Assembly: GCA_964629735.1 (NCBI GenBank)
Contig: CAZVQX010000001.1
Span: 86,984 to 150,983, forward strand
From: an uncultured Muribaculaceae bacterium
GTDB taxonomy: Bacteria > Bacillota_I > Bacilli_A > RF39 > UBA660
DNA: 64,000 nucleotides
Reading direction: 5' to 3'
The position numbers and the translations under genes are program-made. Below are positions 38,659-50,611 of this stretch, piece after piece (within the stretch, counting starts at the first letter, position 1; the number at the start of each line of letters is the position of its first letter). The notes under the pieces were generated by a model that saw nothing but the letters and a program-made list of their open reading frames with translations, was not told where the DNA came from and searched no databases.

Positions 38659-39408
38659 ATGAAAGGAATCTTAGGTCGAAAAGTTGGGATGACGCAAGTT
38701 TTTACTAAATCTGGGAAATTAATTCCGGTAACAGTTATCGAAGTTGAACCCAACATTGTGACACAGATTAAAACAGTTGAAAATGATGGCTATAATGCGA
38801 TTCAATTGGGTTTTAGTACTAAACGTGAAAAGTTAGCAAACAAACCTTCAATTGGTCATACTAGTAAAGCCAACACAACACCTAAGCGCTTCTTTAAAGA
38901 AATTAAAGGTGTTGATATCAATAATTACACTTTAGGTCAAGAAGTTAAAGCTGACATTTTTACTGAAGGTGAAGTTGTTGATGTAACAGGAACTTCAAAA
39001 GGCAAGGGGTTCCAAGGCGTTATTAAGCGCCACAATCAAGCTCGTGGGCCAATGAGCCATGGTTCTAGATTTCATAGAAGACCAGGTTCAATGGGACCAA
39101 TTAGACCACTACGTGTTTTGAAAGGTAAAAAACTACCAGGCCGTATGGGTGGAAATGTTATTACTATTCAAAATCTTGAAATTGTAATGGTTGATGTTGA
39201 AAACAATGCGTTGTTAATTAAAGGAAATGTGCCAGGTGCTAAAAAATCATTAGTGGTTATTAAAAGTGCTATTAAAAATTTAGGAGTTGTTAAAGAAACA
39301 GAAGAACTTAATTTTTACGAAGTTAAAGAATCTACAACTTCAAATAATGAAGAGGCACCTAAAACTGAAACTATAGTTGAGGAAACTTCAACTGAAGTCT
39401 CAGAATAA
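38659..39408 (+). CDS. rplC: 50S ribosomal protein L3 (with ~40-aa acidic C-terminal extension)
   Basis: [15 protein letters not shown]... Operon position. Confidence 0.95.
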   Translation: MKGILGRKVGMTQVFTKSGKLIPVTVIEVEPNIVTQIKTVENDGYNAIQLGFSTKREKLANKPSIGHTSKANTTPKRFFKEIKGVDINNYTLGQEVKADIFTEGEVVDVTGTSKGKGFQGVIKRHNQARGPMSHGSRFHRRPGSMGPIRPLRVLKGKKLPGRMGGNVITIQNLEIVMVDVENNALLIKGNVPGAKKSLVVIKSAIKNLGVVKETEELNFYEVKESTTSNNEEAPKTETIVEETSTEVSE

Positions 39409-39424
39409 TAGGAGGTAATATAAT

Positions 39425-40051
39425 ATGAGTAAAACATCGGTATTAAATATCAATGGTAATAAAGTAAAAGATATTACGCTAAAGACTGAACTTTGGGATA
39501 TTGTTCCTAATGATACAGTTTTATATGATGCAATAAGATTAACGCGCAATTCACAAAGACAAGGGACGCATGATACTAAAACACGCGACGAAGTTCGTGG
39601 CGGCGGAAGAAAACCATGGCGTCAAAAAGGTACAGGTCGTGCTCGTCACGGGAGTACTAGATCCCCAATTTGGGTAGGTGGTGGAGTTGTATTCGGCCCA
39701 GCACCAAGAAAATATGATGTTAAAATGAACCGTAAAGAAAGACGTTTAGCCCTTAAATCGGCATTAGCCTATAAAAAACAAAGTGGCGAATTAGTTATTG
39801 TTGATAATTTAAATTTTGACAATAATAAAACAGCGACAGCGGTTAAAATTTTGACTGATTTAGGTATGAAAGACGAAAAAACTTTAATTGTTGTTAAAGA
39901 ATTAAATGATAATTTAATTTTAGCAACACGAAATTTAAAAAATATTATGTTATTACAAACTGATGAAATTAATGTTTTAGATATTGTTAATGCAAATAAA
40001 ATGTTAATTACTGAAGAGGCTGTAAAAGTTATAGAGGAGGTGCTTGTCTAA
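39425..40051 (+). CDS. rplD: 50S ribosomal protein L4
   Basis: Conserved sequence and operon position. Confidence 0.95.
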   Translation: MSKTSVLNINGNKVKDITLKTELWDIVPNDTVLYDAIRLTRNSQRQGTHDTKTRDEVRGGGRKPWRQKGTGRARHGSTRSPIWVGGGVVFGPAPRKYDVKMNRKERRLALKSALAYKKQSGELVIVDNLNFDNNKTATAVKILTDLGMKDEKTLIVVKELNDNLILATRNLKNIMLLQTDEINVLDIVNANKMLITEEAVKVIEEVLV

Positions 40052-40332
40052 TGATGAGTAATTATAGAGATATTATTAAAGCACCAATTATTACTGAAAA
40101 AAGTAATGACTTATTACAAAACAACAACACTGTTACTTTTAGTGTTGATGTTCGCGCTAATAAGGTTCAAATAAAACAAGCTGTCGAGAAATTATTTAAT
40201 GTTAAAGTTGAAAGTGTTAACATTGTTAATGTGAAACCAAAGAAAAAAAGAGTTGGAAGATACTATGGCAAAACAAATAAAGTTAAAAAGGCTATGGTTA
40301 AATTAAGTGAAGGAAGTTCAATCGAACTTTAA
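40051..40332 (+). CDS. rplW: 50S ribosomal protein L23
   Basis: [12 protein letters not shown]. Operon position. Confidence 0.95.
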   Translation: MMSNYRDIIKAPIITEKSNDLLQNNNTVTFSVDVRANKVQIKQAVEKLFNVKVESVNIVNVKPKKKRVGRYYGKTNKVKKAMVKLSEGSSIEL

Positions 40333-40351
40333 AATTTAAGGAGGAAATAGT

Positions 40352-41182
40352 ATGGCGATAAAAAAATACAAACCGACAACTAATGCAAGACGAAACATGA
40401 CAAGCGTATCTAACGCACATATTACCAAAACAACTCCAGAAAAAACATTGGTTGTAACATTGAAAAAATCTGGTGGTCGTAATAATCAAGGTCGAACAAC
40501 TGTTAGACATCGTGGTGGCGGTGCAAAAAGAAAATATCGTTTAATTGATTTTAAAAGAAATAAAGACGGTGTTATTGGAACAGTTTCTGCGATTGAATAC
40601 GATCCAAATCGTACAGCAAACATAGCTTTAATAAATTATATTGATGGTGAAAAAAGATATATCATCGCTCCAAACAATTTAAAAGTTGGAGATAAAATTG
40701 AGAGTGGAGAAAATGTTGATATTAGAATTGGTAACAGTTTACCACTAGCAAATATTCCTGAAGGTACAATGGTTCATAATATTGAATTAAAGCCGGGAAA
40801 AGGTGGCCAATTGGCACGTTCAGCTGGCTCTTCAGTACAAATTTTGAGTCATGAAGGAAAGTATACATTACTTCGCTTAAGAAGTGGTGAAGTAAGAAAA
40901 GTATTAGGTACTTGCCGAGCTACAATCGGTGAAGTAGGAAATAAAGATCACGAATTAGTTAATTATGGTAAAGCGGGTCGAAGAAGACATTTAGGAATTA
41001 GACCTACAGTTCGCGGGTCAGTCATGAATCCAAATGATCACCCACACGGCGGGGGCGAAGGTAAGGCTCCAATTGGTAGAAAAGCACCAGTTACACCATG
41101 GGGTAAACCAGCACTTGGAGTTAAGACACGTAAAAACAAAAAATCTTCAAACAACTTAATTGTACGCCGTCGTAAAAAATAG
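40352..41182 (+). CDS. rplB: 50S ribosomal protein L2
   Basis: Conserved sequence and operon position. Confidence 0.97.
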   Translation: MAIKKYKPTTNARRNMTSVSNAHITKTTPEKTLVVTLKKSGGRNNQGRTTVRHRGGGAKRKYRLIDFKRNKDGVIGTVSAIEYDPNRTANIALINYIDGEKRYIIAPNNLKVGDKIESGENVDIRIGNSLPLANIPEGTMVHNIELKPGKGGQLARSAGSSVQILSHEGKYTLLRLRSGEVRKVLGTCRATIGEVGNKDHELVNYGKAGRRRHLGIRPTVRGSVMNPNDHPHGGGEGKAPIGRKAPVTPWGKPALGVKTRKNKKSSNNLIVRRRKK

Positions 41183-41198
41183 TGAAAGGATGGTTTAA

Positions 41199-41471
41199 AT
41201 GGCAAGAAGTTTAAAAAAAGGACCGTTTATTGATCAACATTTAATGGATAAGGTTAATAAGGTTAATGCATCAGGTAAAAAAGAGGTAATTAAGACATGG
41301 TCACGTCGCTCAACAATATACCCACAATTTATTGGTCACACATTTGCAGTTCATAATGGTAAAGAATTTATTCCAGTTTATGTAACTGAGGATATGGTTG
41401 GTCATAAATTAGGTGAATTTGCACCAACGCGCAAATTCGGTGGTCACGGCGACGAAAAAAATAAAAAGTAA
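41199..41471 (+). CDS. rpsS: 30S ribosomal protein S19
   Basis: [12 protein letters not shown]. Confidence 0.97.
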   Translation: MARSLKKGPFIDQHLMDKVNKVNASGKKEVIKTWSRRSTIYPQFIGHTFAVHNGKEFIPVYVTEDMVGHKLGEFAPTRKFGGHGDEKNKK

Positions 41472-41497
41472 TTAAATAAACTGGGAGGAGGACTAAA

Positions 41498-41833
41498 ATG
41501 GAAGCAAAAGCGATTGCAAAAACAGTTAGAATAGCACCCCGCAAAGCTCGTTTAGTTATAGATTTAATACGCGGTAAGAGTGTTGATGAAGCTTCAAATG
41601 TTTTAAATGGTTTAAATAAAGAAGCCGCTCGTCTTACGCATAAAGTATTAGTTTCAGCGGTAGCTAATGCTGAAAACAATTTAGGTTTGAATAAAGCAGA
41701 TTTATATGTTAAAGAAGCATATGTTGACGAAGGCGTAACGATGAAAAGACATCGTTTCGGTGGTCGTGGACACGTTAAACCAATTAGAAGAAGAACAAGT
41801 CATATTACAGTAATTGTAAGTGATGAAAAATAG
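41498..41833 (+). CDS. rplV: 50S ribosomal protein L22
   Basis: Conserved sequence and operon position. Confidence 0.95.
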   Translation: MEAKAIAKTVRIAPRKARLVIDLIRGKSVDEASNVLNGLNKEAARLTHKVLVSAVANAENNLGLNKADLYVKEAYVDEGVTMKRHRFGGRGHVKPIRRRTSHITVIVSDEK

Positions 41834-41849
41834 GTGAAGGAGGTAACTG

Positions 41850-42530
41850 ATGGGTCAAAAGGTTAGTCCAATTGGACTTAGAATCGGAATTAATAAAACA
41901 TGGCAATCAAAATGGTATGCGAATAATAAGGATTTTGCTGACTTTTTACTGAAGGATATTAAAATTCGAGAATTTTTAGAAAAAAAATTAAAAGATGCAT
42001 CTGTTTCTAGTATTCTTATTGAAAGAACACCAAAGAAAACCGAAGTAATTATTAATACAGCTAAACCAGGTGTAATAATTGGACATGGTGGTGAAGAAAT
42101 CGATAAAACAAGAAAACAGTTGGAAAAATTAGTTAATGAAAATATCCAAATTTCAATTATGGAAATTAAAAATCCTAATTTAGATGCAGCTCTTGTAGCT
42201 GAAGATATTGCCAAACAAATTGAAAATCGTGTATCTTTTCGTGTTGCACAAAAAAGAGCAATTAGAAATACAATGAGGTCTGGAGCAAAAGGAATTAAAA
42301 CGTCTGTGTCTGGTCGTTTAGGTGGTGCAGATATGGCACGTACAGAAGGATACACTGAAGGAATGATTCCACTACATACTTTAAGAGCTAATGTTGATTA
42401 TGCTCATAAAGAAGCTGATACACAATTTGGAAAAATCGGTGTTAAAGTATGGATTTATAAAGGAGAAATCCTTCCTGCAAAAAAGAACAAGGGAGGTAAT
42501 AAAGATGGCAGTAATACCAAAGAAAACTAA
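41850..42530 (+). CDS. rpsC: 30S ribosomal protein S3
   Basis: [24 protein letters not shown]. Confidence 0.97.
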   Translation: MGQKVSPIGLRIGINKTWQSKWYANNKDFADFLLKDIKIREFLEKKLKDASVSSILIERTPKKTEVIINTAKPGVIIGHGGEEIDKTRKQLEKLVNENIQISIMEIKNPNLDAALVAEDIAKQIENRVSFRVAQKRAIRNTMRSGAKGIKTSVSGRLGGADMARTEGYTEGMIPLHTLRANVDYAHKEADTQFGKIGVKVWIYKGEILPAKKNKGGNKDGSNTKEN

Positions 42531-42936
42531 ATATCGTAAACCACATCGTGTTAGTTATGAAGGTAATGCAAAAGGTAATACCGAATTACACTTTGGTAAA
42601 TATGGTTTACAAGCAACTGAAGGTGCTTGGGTTACACAACAACAAATAGAAGCTGCCCGTATTGCTATGACACGTTATATGAAACGTGGCGGTAAAGTAT
42701 GGATCAATATTTTTCCACATTTATCGTTGACAAGTATACCTTTAGAAACACGTATGGGTAAAGGTAAAGGTCAACCTGACCGTTGGGTAGCAGTTGTTAA
42801 AAAAGGTAAAATTATGTTTGAAATAGATGGTGTAAGTGAAGCGGTCGCGCGTGAAGCTCTGCGATTAGCTATGCACAAATTACCAATGAAATGTAAGTTT
42901 GTAAAAAAAGAAAGTGGTGAAGCTAATGAAAATTAA
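42505..42936 (+). CDS. rplP: 50S ribosomal protein L16
   Basis: [15 protein letters not shown]. Start at the ATG at 42505 after GGGAGG; the track start at 42391 is an upstream in-frame extension. Overlaps the rpsC 3' end by 26 nt. Confidence 0.93.
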   Translation: MAVIPKKTKYRKPHRVSYEGNAKGNTELHFGKYGLQATEGAWVTQQQIEAARIAMTRYMKRGGKVWINIFPHLSLTSIPLETRMGKGKGQPDRWVAVVKKGKIMFEIDGVSEAVAREALRLAMHKLPMKCKFVKKESGEANEN

Positions 42937-43123
42937 TGACATAAGAAAACTTTCAAATGAAGAAATAATTAAAAAAATAGAAGAATATAAAGAAGAGTTA
43001 TTTAATTTGCGTTTTAGCCAAGCTACTGGTAATCTTGAGAAGCCTTCGAGAATTAAAGAATTAAGAAAAGAAGTTGCTCGTATGAAAACAGTTTTGCGAG
43101 AACGTGAATTAGAAAATGATTAG
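42926..43123 (+). CDS. rpmC: 50S ribosomal protein L29
   Basis: [14 protein letters not shown]... Start at the ATG at 42926. Confidence 0.93.
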   Translation: MKINDIRKLSNEEIIKKIEEYKEELFNLRFSQATGNLEKPSRIKELRKEVARMKTVLRERELEND

Positions 43124-43132
43124 GAGGGCATT

Positions 43133-43393
43133 ATGAAAGATAAAAAAACTCATGAATTAATTGGAACAGTTGTAAGTGATAAAAGTGATAAAACAATTAG
43201 TGTTTTGGTTGAAACTTATAAAACTGATAAATTATACGGTAAGCGTGTTAAGTATTCTCGTAAATACTTAGTTCACGATCCTAAAAACGAGGCTAAAGTT
43301 GGCGATCGCGTTAAAATTTCAAGTACAAGACCTTTATCGAAATCAAAGCATTATCGCCTAGTTAAAATAGTAGAAAAAGCAATTATTATATAA
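43133..43393 (+). CDS. rpsQ: 30S ribosomal protein S17
   Basis: Conserved sequence and operon position. Confidence 0.95.
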   Translation: MKDKKTHELIGTVVSDKSDKTISVLVETYKTDKLYGKRVKYSRKYLVHDPKNEAKVGDRVKISSTRPLSKSKHYRLVKIVEKAIII

Positions 43394-43419
43394 TTGCAAA
43401 CGGATAAGGAGGATTAAAT

Positions 43420-43788
43420 ATGATTCAACAAGAAAGCCGTTTAAAAGTAGCCGATAATTCTGGTGCACGTGAAATCGGAGTTATTCGTGTATTAGGCAAT
43501 AGTGTTGTTAAATCGGCTAATATTGGTGATATAGTTATCGGGAGTGTAAAAAAAGCAGTTCCTAACGGTACGGTTAAAAAAGGTCAAATTGTTAAAGCCG
43601 TTATTGTTAGAAGTAAATATGGTTTAAGTCGTGAGGATGGTTCTTATATCAAATTTGATGATAATGCGTGCGTTATTATTAAAGATGATAAGAGCCCAGT
43701 AGGTACGCGAATTTTCGGACCAGTAGCTAGAGAACTTCGTGATAAAAAATATATGAAAATTATATCACTTGCTAAAGAAGTGTTATAG
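43420..43788 (+). CDS. rplN: 50S ribosomal protein L14
   Basis: [16 protein letters not shown]. Confidence 0.97.
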   Translation: MIQQESRLKVADNSGAREIGVIRVLGNSVVKSANIGDIVIGSVKKAVPNGTVKKGQIVKAVIVRSKYGLSREDGSYIKFDDNACVIIKDDKSPVGTRIFGPVARELRDKKYMKIISLAKEVL

Positions 43789-43798
43789 GAGGTAGAAC

Positions 43799-44107
43799 AT
43801 GAACTTTAAAACTGGAGATAAAGTTGTTGTTATTACTGGTAAAGATAAAGGAAAAGAAGGAAGAATAACAAAAATATTACGTGACGATAAAAAAGTTATT
43901 GTTGAAAATGTAAATATGATTAAAAGACATCAAAAATCTGACGGACAAAATCCGGGTAGTATTATGGAAATGGAAGCTCCAATTCATGCTTCTAATGTTA
44001 TGCTTCTGGATCCTAAAACAAAAAAAAGAACCAGAATAGGACACACATTCGATAAAAATAATAAAAAAATAAGAGTAAGTAAAAAATCAAATGAGAACAT
44101 TGATTAA
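43799..44107 (+). CDS. rplX: 50S ribosomal protein L24
   Basis: [18 protein letters not shown]. Confidence 0.95.
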   Translation: MNFKTGDKVVVITGKDKGKEGRITKILRDDKKVIVENVNMIKRHQKSDGQNPGSIMEMEAPIHASNVMLLDPKTKKRTRIGHTFDKNNKKIRVSKKSNENID

Positions 44108-44127
44108 TTGGAAGGAGGGTATTACAA

Positions 44128-44673
44128 GTGAACCGCCTAAAAGAAAAATATAATAAAGAAATTATACCAAGTTTAAAGGAAAAATATAATTATAAATCTG
44201 TTATGGAAGTACCTAAACTAGAAAAAGTTGTGGTTAATATTGGTGCTGGAGATGCAACACATAATTCAAAATTAATTGAAGGTGCTATGAATGATCTAGA
44301 ATTAATTACTGGACAAAAACCTGTTATAACAAGGGCTAAAAAAGCTATTGCAGGATTTAAATTAAGAGAAGGTCAACCAGTAGGATGTAAAGTGACATTA
44401 CGAGGAGACAACATGTATAACTTTTTAGATAAATTAATTAGTATTGCACTACCTCGTGTTAGAGACTTTAGAGGTGTTTCTCCAAAGGCTTTTGATGGCC
44501 GTGGCAATTATACATTAGGTATTACAGAGCAATTAATTTTTTCTGAAATAGAATATGATAATGTTGTTAAGGTACGTGGTATGGATATTGTTTTTGTTAC
44601 AACAGCAAAAACAAACGAAGAAGCGTATGAACTCTTAAAAGGATTAGGTATGCCGTTTAAGAAACAACTCTAA
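44128..44673 (+). CDS. rplE: 50S ribosomal protein L5
   Basis: [19 protein letters not shown] start. Confidence 0.95.
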   Translation: MNRLKEKYNKEIIPSLKEKYNYKSVMEVPKLEKVVVNIGAGDATHNSKLIEGAMNDLELITGQKPVITRAKKAIAGFKLREGQPVGCKVTLRGDNMYNFLDKLISIALPRVRDFRGVSPKAFDGRGNYTLGITEQLIFSEIEYDNVVKVRGMDIVFVTTAKTNEEAYELLKGLGMPFKKQL

Positions 44674-44686
44674 AAAGGAGGGTATT

Positions 44687-44872
44687 ATGGCTAAAAAAAG
44701 TAAAATTATACAAGCTAGTCGCAAACCAAAATTTAAAGTACGTCAATATTCACGTTGTCAAAAATGTGGAAGACCACATGCTGTTTTAAAAAAATATGGA
44801 ATTTGCCGTATTTGTTTTAGAGAACTAGCATATAAAGGACAAATACCAGGCGTTAAAAAATCAAGCTGGTAA
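44687..44872 (+). CDS. rpsZ: 30S ribosomal protein S14 type Z (zinc-binding, 61 aa)
   Basis: [20 protein letters not shown]. Confidence 0.95.
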   Translation: MAKKSKIIQASRKPKFKVRQYSRCQKCGRPHAVLKKYGICRICFRELAYKGQIPGVKKSSW

Positions 44873-44890
44873 ATTGAAGGGAGGATATTT

Positions 44891-45289
44891 ATGGTAGTTA
44901 ATGATCCAATTGCAGATATGCTTACAAGAATTCGTAATGCAAATCAAATGCGTTATAAAGAAGTAGAAGTACCCGCTTCAAAAATTAAAGTTGAAATCGC
45001 TAGAATATTAAAAGAAGAAGGATTTATTCACGATTACAAAATAAAAGAAAATAATGTTCAAAATGTAATTGTCCTAAATTTAAAGTATGGACAAAATAAA
45101 GAACGTGTTATTACTGGTCTTAAAAGAATTTCAAAACCAGGTTTACGCGTTTATGCAAAAGCAACTGATGTCCCTAGAGTTTTAAATGGTCTTGGTATTG
45201 CAATTATTTCAACATCATCTGGTGTTATGACTGATAAACAAGCCCGTGAACAATCACTTGGTGGCGAAGTGCTAGCTTATATTTGGTAG
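44891..45289 (+). CDS. rpsH: 30S ribosomal protein S8
   Basis: [13 protein letters not shown]. Confidence 0.97.
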   Translation: MVVNDPIADMLTRIRNANQMRYKEVEVPASKIKVEIARILKEEGFIHDYKIKENNVQNVIVLNLKYGQNKERVITGLKRISKPGLRVYAKATDVPRVLNGLGIAIISTSSGVMTDKQAREQSLGGEVLAYIW

Positions 45290-45307
45290 AAAGTAAGGAG
45301 GATTATT

Positions 45308-45841
45308 ATGAGTCGTATTGGAAAAAGAAAAATAACTATACCAGCCGATGTTACCGTATCAGTTAATGATAATGTTGTAAGTGTAAAAGGTCCTAAAGGT
45401 GAACTTTCTACTGCAATAAATCAAAATATTGAAGTTGTTATTAATGAAAACGAATTAAACTTAGTCGCTAAAGATGAAAAAGTAAAAAGTTTTCATGGAA
45501 CTAATAACTCCCATATCGTTAATATGATTATTGGGGTAACAGATGGTTTCACAAAAGTTTTAGAAACCGTTGGTGTTGGTTATCGTTTTACTTTAAAAGA
45601 TAATAAAGTCTTGGTTGCAGCTGGTTTTTCTCATCCAGTTGAAGTTGTTATTCCGGAAGGGATAACAGTTGAAGCACCAAGTAATACTCAATTAATTATT
45701 AAAGGAATAGATAAACAATTAGTTGGTGAATTTGCAGCCAACATTCGTAAAATTAGAAAACCTGAACCATATAAAGGTAAAGGAATTCGTTATAAAGATG
45801 AATACGTGATTCGTAAAGCAGGTAAGAAAGCTGCTAAGTAA
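45308..45841 (+). CDS. rplF: 50S ribosomal protein L6
   Basis: MSRIGKRKITIP. Confidence 0.97.
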   Translation: MSRIGKRKITIPADVTVSVNDNVVSVKGPKGELSTAINQNIEVVINENELNLVAKDEKVKSFHGTNNSHIVNMIIGVTDGFTKVLETVGVGYRFTLKDNKVLVAAGFSHPVEVVIPEGITVEAPSNTQLIIKGIDKQLVGEFAANIRKIRKPEPYKGKGIRYKDEYVIRKAGKKAAK

Positions 45842-45863
45842 TTAAACAAAGGAGAGATTTACT

Positions 45864-46226
45864 ATGATAAAAAAAGTATCTCGTAATGAAATACGAAAGT
45901 CTAGACATAAAAGAGTAAGAAAAACTTTAAGTGGTACACAAAGTATTCCACGTCTTAATGTGTTTAGATCAAATAAAAATATTTTTGCCCAAATCATTGA
46001 TGATGAAACAAAAACAACCTTAGTAAGTGCATCTTCTATTGATAAAGAGTTAAAACTAACCAATGGAGGAAATAAAGAAGCAGCTACTAAAGTTGGAGAA
46101 TTACTTGCAAAAAGAGCTAAAGAGGCAAAAATAAACGAAGTTAAATTTGATAGAGGTGGTTACCTATATCATGGTCGTGTAAAAGTTTTAGCTGAAACTG
46201 CAAAACAAAATGGATTAAAATTCTAA
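45864..46226 (+). CDS. rplR: 50S ribosomal protein L18
   Basis: Conserved sequence and operon position. Confidence 0.95.
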   Translation: MIKKVSRNEIRKSRHKRVRKTLSGTQSIPRLNVFRSNKNIFAQIIDDETKTTLVSASSIDKELKLTNGGNKEAATKVGELLAKRAKEAKINEVKFDRGGYLYHGRVKVLAETAKQNGLKF

Positions 46227-46238
46227 GGAGGTTAATTA

Positions 46239-46745
46239 ATGGAATATAAAAGAAGAGAACCACGTCCAAAACAATTCGAAGAAGAAGTAATTGAAATTAA
46301 ACGAGTTGCTAAGGTTACAAAAGGTGGTCGTAATTTCCGTTTTACAGCTCTAGTAGTTGTTGGGGACAAAAAAGGCCAAGTCGGCTTAGGAGTCGGTAAA
46401 GCTAATGAAGTTCCTGACGCAATCAAAAAAGCTGTTCAATCAGCAACAAAAAATGTTGTTAAAGTTGCTATTGTTGATGAGAGAACTATACCACATGAAA
46501 TTATCGGAACACAAGGAGCTAGTAAAGTTTTATTAAAGCCAGCCCTTAAAGGTACAGGAGTAAAAGCTGGTGGTGCTGTGCGTTCGGTAGTTGAGATGGC
46601 TGGTATTAAAGATATTTTATCAAAATCCCTAGGTTCAAAAACAAAAATAAATGTCGCTTATGCAACCCTAAATGCACTTAAAGCTCAAAAAACTGTCGAA
46701 GAAGTTGCAAAACTACGTGGTAAAACAGTAGAGGAGATTGTATAA
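46239..46745 (+). CDS. rpsE: 30S ribosomal protein S5
   Basis: [27 protein letters not shown]. Confidence 0.97.
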   Translation: MEYKRREPRPKQFEEEVIEIKRVAKVTKGGRNFRFTALVVVGDKKGQVGLGVGKANEVPDAIKKAVQSATKNVVKVAIVDERTIPHEIIGTQGASKVLLKPALKGTGVKAGGAVRSVVEMAGIKDILSKSLGSKTKINVAYATLNALKAQKTVEEVAKLRGKTVEEIV

Positions 46746-46746
46746 T

Positions 46747-47190
46747 ATGAAATTACATAATTTAAAACCAAATGAAGGTTCGGTAAAATCTCGTAAAAGA
46801 TTAGGACGTGGACCTAGTAGTGGTTATGGTAAAACAAGTGGAAAAGGGCATAAAGGTCAAAACGCAAGAAGTGGCGGTGGCGTTAGAATAGGATTTGAAG
46901 GTGGTCAAACACCATTATTTAGAAGACTTCCTAAGAGAGGTTTTAGTAATGCGCCATTTAAAAAGACATATGCAGTTATTAATTTGAGCGATTTAAATAA
47001 ATTTGAAGATGGGGCAGTTATTACCCCAGAACTATTAAAGGAAATGGGATTGATTAAACAACAATTAGACGGAATTAAAGTATTAGGAAGTGGTGCTTTA
47101 GATAAAAAAATACATGTTAAAGCACATAAATTTTCAGAAACAGCTCAAGCAAAAATAGAAAAATTAGGTGGAAAAGCTGAGGTGATCTAA
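46747..47190 (+). CDS. rplO: 50S ribosomal protein L15
   Basis: [15 protein letters not shown] 1 nt after the rpsE stop. No rpmD lies between rpsE and rplO. Confidence 0.95.
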   Translation: MKLHNLKPNEGSVKSRKRLGRGPSSGYGKTSGKGHKGQNARSGGGVRIGFEGGQTPLFRRLPKRGFSNAPFKKTYAVINLSDLNKFEDGAVITPELLKEMGLIKQQLDGIKVLGSGALDKKIHVKAHKFSETAQAKIEKLGGKAEVI

Positions 47191-47191
47191 A

Positions 47192-48454
47192 ATGTTTGCA
47201 AACTTTAAGCAGATATTTAATCCCAAAAACAAGGATATTCAAAAGAAAATAATTTTTACTTTTGTAGCCTTGTTTATATATAAAGTAGGAATGACTATAA
47301 TTGTACCCGGCGTTGAACAAATTAATTTAGAAATAAGTCAATTAGGCTTTTTAGAGTTAGTTAACGTTATGGGTGGTGGTGCGATGGCCCGCTTTTCTAT
47401 TTTCGGGCTAGGTGTGATGCCGTATATTTCTGCCTCAATTATTATGCAACTGGCAGAAATGGATATTGTCCCTTATATAGCGGATTTAGCAAAAGAAGGG
47501 CATACAGGTAGAGTAAAAATAAACCAAATTACTAGAGTTTTTGGTATTATTCTTGCCTTTATTCAAGGTTATATGATGTCATTTACATTTATTAAGGGTG
47601 GTTCAGTTATGCAATATATGCAATTTGCAATTGTTTTAACTGCTGGAACATCATTCTTATTATGGTTAGGTGATCAAATAACAGCTAAAGGAATTGGAAA
47701 TGGTGTCTCCCTTATTATAATGACTGGTATTATCGCTAGTTTACCTGCAATGTTTGTAGAAGCATGGAAAAGTTTTCAAAATTATGGGCATATACAAGGA
47801 AATATATTATTTACAATATTTACCCTTATTTATTTAGGAATTGTTATTGGTGTTATTTTCGAACAATCAGCCGAGAGAAGAGTTCCAATACAATACGCAA
47901 ATAAATCAACTAGTTTTTTAGGTAAACAAAATTATATACCTTTTAAATTAAACTCAGCAGGTGTTGTTCCTGTTATATTTGCCTCATCATTATTATCAAT
48001 TCCAGCTATCATTGCCGGTTTTGTAAAAAGTGATAGTTTTAGTAATTTTGTTACAAATTATTTATCAATGACTAGCGCAGTTGGTTTTGTATTATATGTT
48101 TTATTAATTATTGGCTTTTCATATTTTTATACATTTATTCAATTAAAACCAACAGAGATGGCCGAGAATTTACAAAAAAATGGTGGCTTTATTCCAGGTA
48201 TTAGGCCTGGTGAAGAAACGGTTAATTATATTAATAGTATTTTATATCGTTTGACAATTGTTGGTGCATTAGCACTAGCATTTATAGCTGGATTGCCTAT
48301 AGTATTTGGTATAGTTTCAAAATTACCACCGACAGTTTCGATTGGTGGTACAGGAATATTAATTGTCGTCGGTGTTGCTTTAGAAACATATAAAAGCTTA
48401 GATAGTCAATTATCAAGTAGAATTTATGTTCGTAAAAGAGGACGTCGTCGATGA
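47192..48454 (+). CDS. secY: Preprotein translocase subunit SecY
   Basis: Ten-helix translocon. Operon position. Confidence 0.97.
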   Translation: MFANFKQIFNPKNKDIQKKIIFTFVALFIYKVGMTIIVPGVEQINLEISQLGFLELVNVMGGGAMARFSIFGLGVMPYISASIIMQLAEMDIVPYIADLAKEGHTGRVKINQITRVFGIILAFIQGYMMSFTFIKGGSVMQYMQFAIVLTAGTSFLLWLGDQITAKGIGNGVSLIIMTGIIASLPAMFVEAWKSFQNYGHIQGNILFTIFTLIYLGIVIGVIFEQSAERRVPIQYANKSTSFLGKQNYIPFKLNSAGVVPVIFASSLLSIPAIIAGFVKSDSFSNFVTNYLSMTSAVGFVLYVLLIIGFSYFYTFIQLKPTEMAENLQKNGGFIPGIRPGEETVNYINSILYRLTIVGALALAFIAGLPIVFGIVSKLPPTVSIGGTGILIVVGVALETYKSLDSQLSSRIYVRKRGRRR

Positions 48455-49116
48455 AAAACATTGTTTTTATTGCCCCACCAGCAGCAGGTAAAGGAACGCA
48501 AGCCAAAATGGTTCGAGAAAAATATAATATACCTCATATTTCAACTGGTCAATTGCTTCGTGATGAAGTAATAAAACAGAGTGAAATTGGTAAAAAAATA
48601 GAGAACGATATGTTGTTTGGTAACTTAATTGCTGATGAGATTATTTTCTCGTTATTAATAGAGAGATTAATGCATGAAGATTGTAAAAATGGTTATATAT
48701 TAGATGGTTTTCCCCGAAATATAAATCAAGCCAAAAAATATGATGAAATTTTAAAAATTCAAAACAAAGAAATTACTTATGTTTTTTATCTTAAATTGGA
48801 TAGAGAAATATCATTAAAAAGAACAATTGGCCGTTTAACATGCAATCAATGCTCAGATATTTATAATGAGAATTTTATAGAAACAAAGCCTAAATTAGAA
48901 GGTGTTTGTGATAAATGTGGTGGTTTATTAATTAAACGAAATGATGATAATGAAAATGTGTTTGATAATCGTTATCAGACATATTTAACTGATACAGCGC
49001 CTATCATTAAGTATTATGATGATTTAAATAAACTCTATATAATAGATAGTTCAATTAGTAAAGAGCATACTTTCACACAAATTACTAATATATTAGATGG
49101 GGATAATTTTTTATGA
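48451..49116 (+). CDS. adk: Adenylate kinase (zinc-lid form)
   Basis: FIAPPAAGKGTQA. Lid CNQC...CDKC. Confidence 0.95.
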   Translation: MKNIVFIAPPAAGKGTQAKMVREKYNIPHISTGQLLRDEVIKQSEIGKKIENDMLFGNLIADEIIFSLLIERLMHEDCKNGYILDGFPRNINQAKKYDEILKIQNKEITYVFYLKLDREISLKRTIGRLTCNQCSDIYNENFIETKPKLEGVCDKCGGLLIKRNDDNENVFDNRYQTYLTDTAPIIKYYDDLNKLYIIDSSISKEHTFTQITNILDGDNFL

Positions 49117-49859
49117 TAAAAATAAAAACAAAAGAAGAAATTGAATTAATGACCAAGGCTGGTCAAATAGTTGGTGCTACGCATCAATATTTAAAGAAAT
49201 ATATTAAACCTGGAATCACAACTAAAGAATTAGATAGTTTAGCGCATGACTTTATTATAAAAAATGGTGCTATTCCATCGTTTAAAGACTATGAAGGTTT
49301 TCCTGCTTCTATATGTACATCAATTAACGATGAGGTGGTTCACGGTATTCCGAGTAATCGGGTATTAAAAGATGGTGATATAATTTCAATTGATATTGGT
49401 GCTTGTTATAAAGGATATCATGGTGATTCAGCTTGGACTTACCCAGTTGGAAATACAAGTCCTGAAATTCAATTTTTATTAAAACACACGGAACTTTCTT
49501 TATATGAAGGATTAAAAGTAATTAAAGATGGTGCACGAGTTGGTGATGTTGGTTATGCAATATCTAAGTATATAAAAAAATATAAATTAGGTGTTGTTAA
49601 GGAGTTAGTAGGTCACGGTGTTGGTAAAGATTTACACGAACAACCCGATGTACCTAATTATGGCAAGAGAAATACTGGTCCAATTTTAAAAACTGGTATG
49701 GTAATAGCTGTTGAACCAATGATTAATCTTGGAACAGCACAAGTATATATAAAAGAGGATGGTTGGACAATTATAACAGGTGATGGCCATCCATCAGCCC
49801 ATTTTGAGCATACTGTTTTAGTAACTAGAGATGGTGCTAAAATATTAACAAAGGGGTGA
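49113..49859 (+). CDS. map: Methionine aminopeptidase type I
   Basis: Conserved metal ligands and operon position. Confidence 0.95.
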   Translation: MIKIKTKEEIELMTKAGQIVGATHQYLKKYIKPGITTKELDSLAHDFIIKNGAIPSFKDYEGFPASICTSINDEVVHGIPSNRVLKDGDIISIDIGACYKGYHGDSAWTYPVGNTSPEIQFLLKHTELSLYEGLKVIKDGARVGDVGYAISKYIKKYKLGVVKELVGHGVGKDLHEQPDVPNYGKRNTGPILKTGMVIAVEPMINLGTAQVYIKEDGWTIITGDGHPSAHFEHTVLVTRDGAKILTKG

Positions 49860-49863
49860 TATT

Positions 49864-50082
49864 ATGGCAAAAGAAGATACAATTGAAGTAGAAGGTAAAG
49901 TAATTGAAATCTTGCCTGGTGGGACCTTTAAGGTTGAGCTAGAAAACAAACATATAGTAACAGCCCACGTTTCTGGTAAAATCCGAATGAATCACATTCG
50001 CATTTCAGCAGGTGATAGAGTTACTATTGAGCTCTCAACATACGATTTAACACGTGGGCGAATAACCTATAGAAAAAATTAG
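49864..50082 (+). CDS. infA: Translation initiation factor IF-1
   Basis: [15 protein letters not shown]... Confidence 0.97.
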   Translation: MAKEDTIEVEGKVIEILPGGTFKVELENKHIVTAHVSGKIRMNHIRISAGDRVTIELSTYDLTRGRITYRKN

Positions 50083-50093
50083 GAGGGGATATA

Positions 50094-50207
50094 ATGAAGA
50101 TAAAACCATCAGTAAAAAAAATTTGTGAAAAATGTAAAATTATTAGACGTAATGGAAGGGTTTATGTAATATGCCCTAATCCAAAGCATAAACAAAGACA
50201 AGGTTAA
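50094..50207 (+). CDS. rpmJ: 50S ribosomal protein L36 (37 aa: [37 protein letters not shown])
   Basis: Hand-translated. Not in the ORF track because it is under 60 aa. AGGAGGGG RBS. Zinc ribbon C..C...C..H. Confidence 0.9.
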   Translation: MKIKPSVKKICEKCKIIRRNGRVYVICPNPKHKQRQG

Positions 50208-50220
50208 TAGGAGGTGTTTT

Positions 50221-50586
50221 ATGGCACGAATAATTGGTGTAGATATACCAGATAATAAAAGAGTTGAAATTTCATTAACTTATATCTATGGTATTGGAAG
50301 AAGTTTGTCACAAAAAATATTACAAGATGCAAATGTTGATCAGAATAAAACAGTGAGTGAATTGTCTAATGAAGAATTAGATAGGATTCGTGAAGAGGTT
50401 AGTAAATATACTACCGAAGGTGAACTTAGACGTGAAGTTAGTATGAACATTAAAACAAAAATGGAAATAAATTCATATGAAGGAAGTCGTCATCGCCGTG
50501 GTTTACCAGTAAGAGGACAAAGAACTAATCGAAATGCTAGAACTCGTAAAGGGCGTGGCAAAGTAGTAGCTAATAAGAAAAAATAG
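50221..50586 (+). CDS. rpsM: 30S ribosomal protein S13
   Basis: [26 protein letters not shown]. Confidence 0.97.
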   Translation: MARIIGVDIPDNKRVEISLTYIYGIGRSLSQKILQDANVDQNKTVSELSNEELDRIREEVSKYTTEGELRREVSMNIKTKMEINSYEGSRHRRGLPVRGQRTNRNARTRKGRGKVVANKKK

Positions 50587-50611
50587 TTTTTAAATAAAGG
50601 AGGTTAACTAA

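Noticed and set aside
41855-42355. Antisense ORFs inside the ribosomal protein genes (41855-42355, 51617-52198 and others) and inside secA, gerA, the pilin gene and the P-type ATPase
   Set aside because: They lie opposite highly conserved genes, have no RBS, and their composition simply mirrors AT-rich antisense sequence. Overprinting is not supported.
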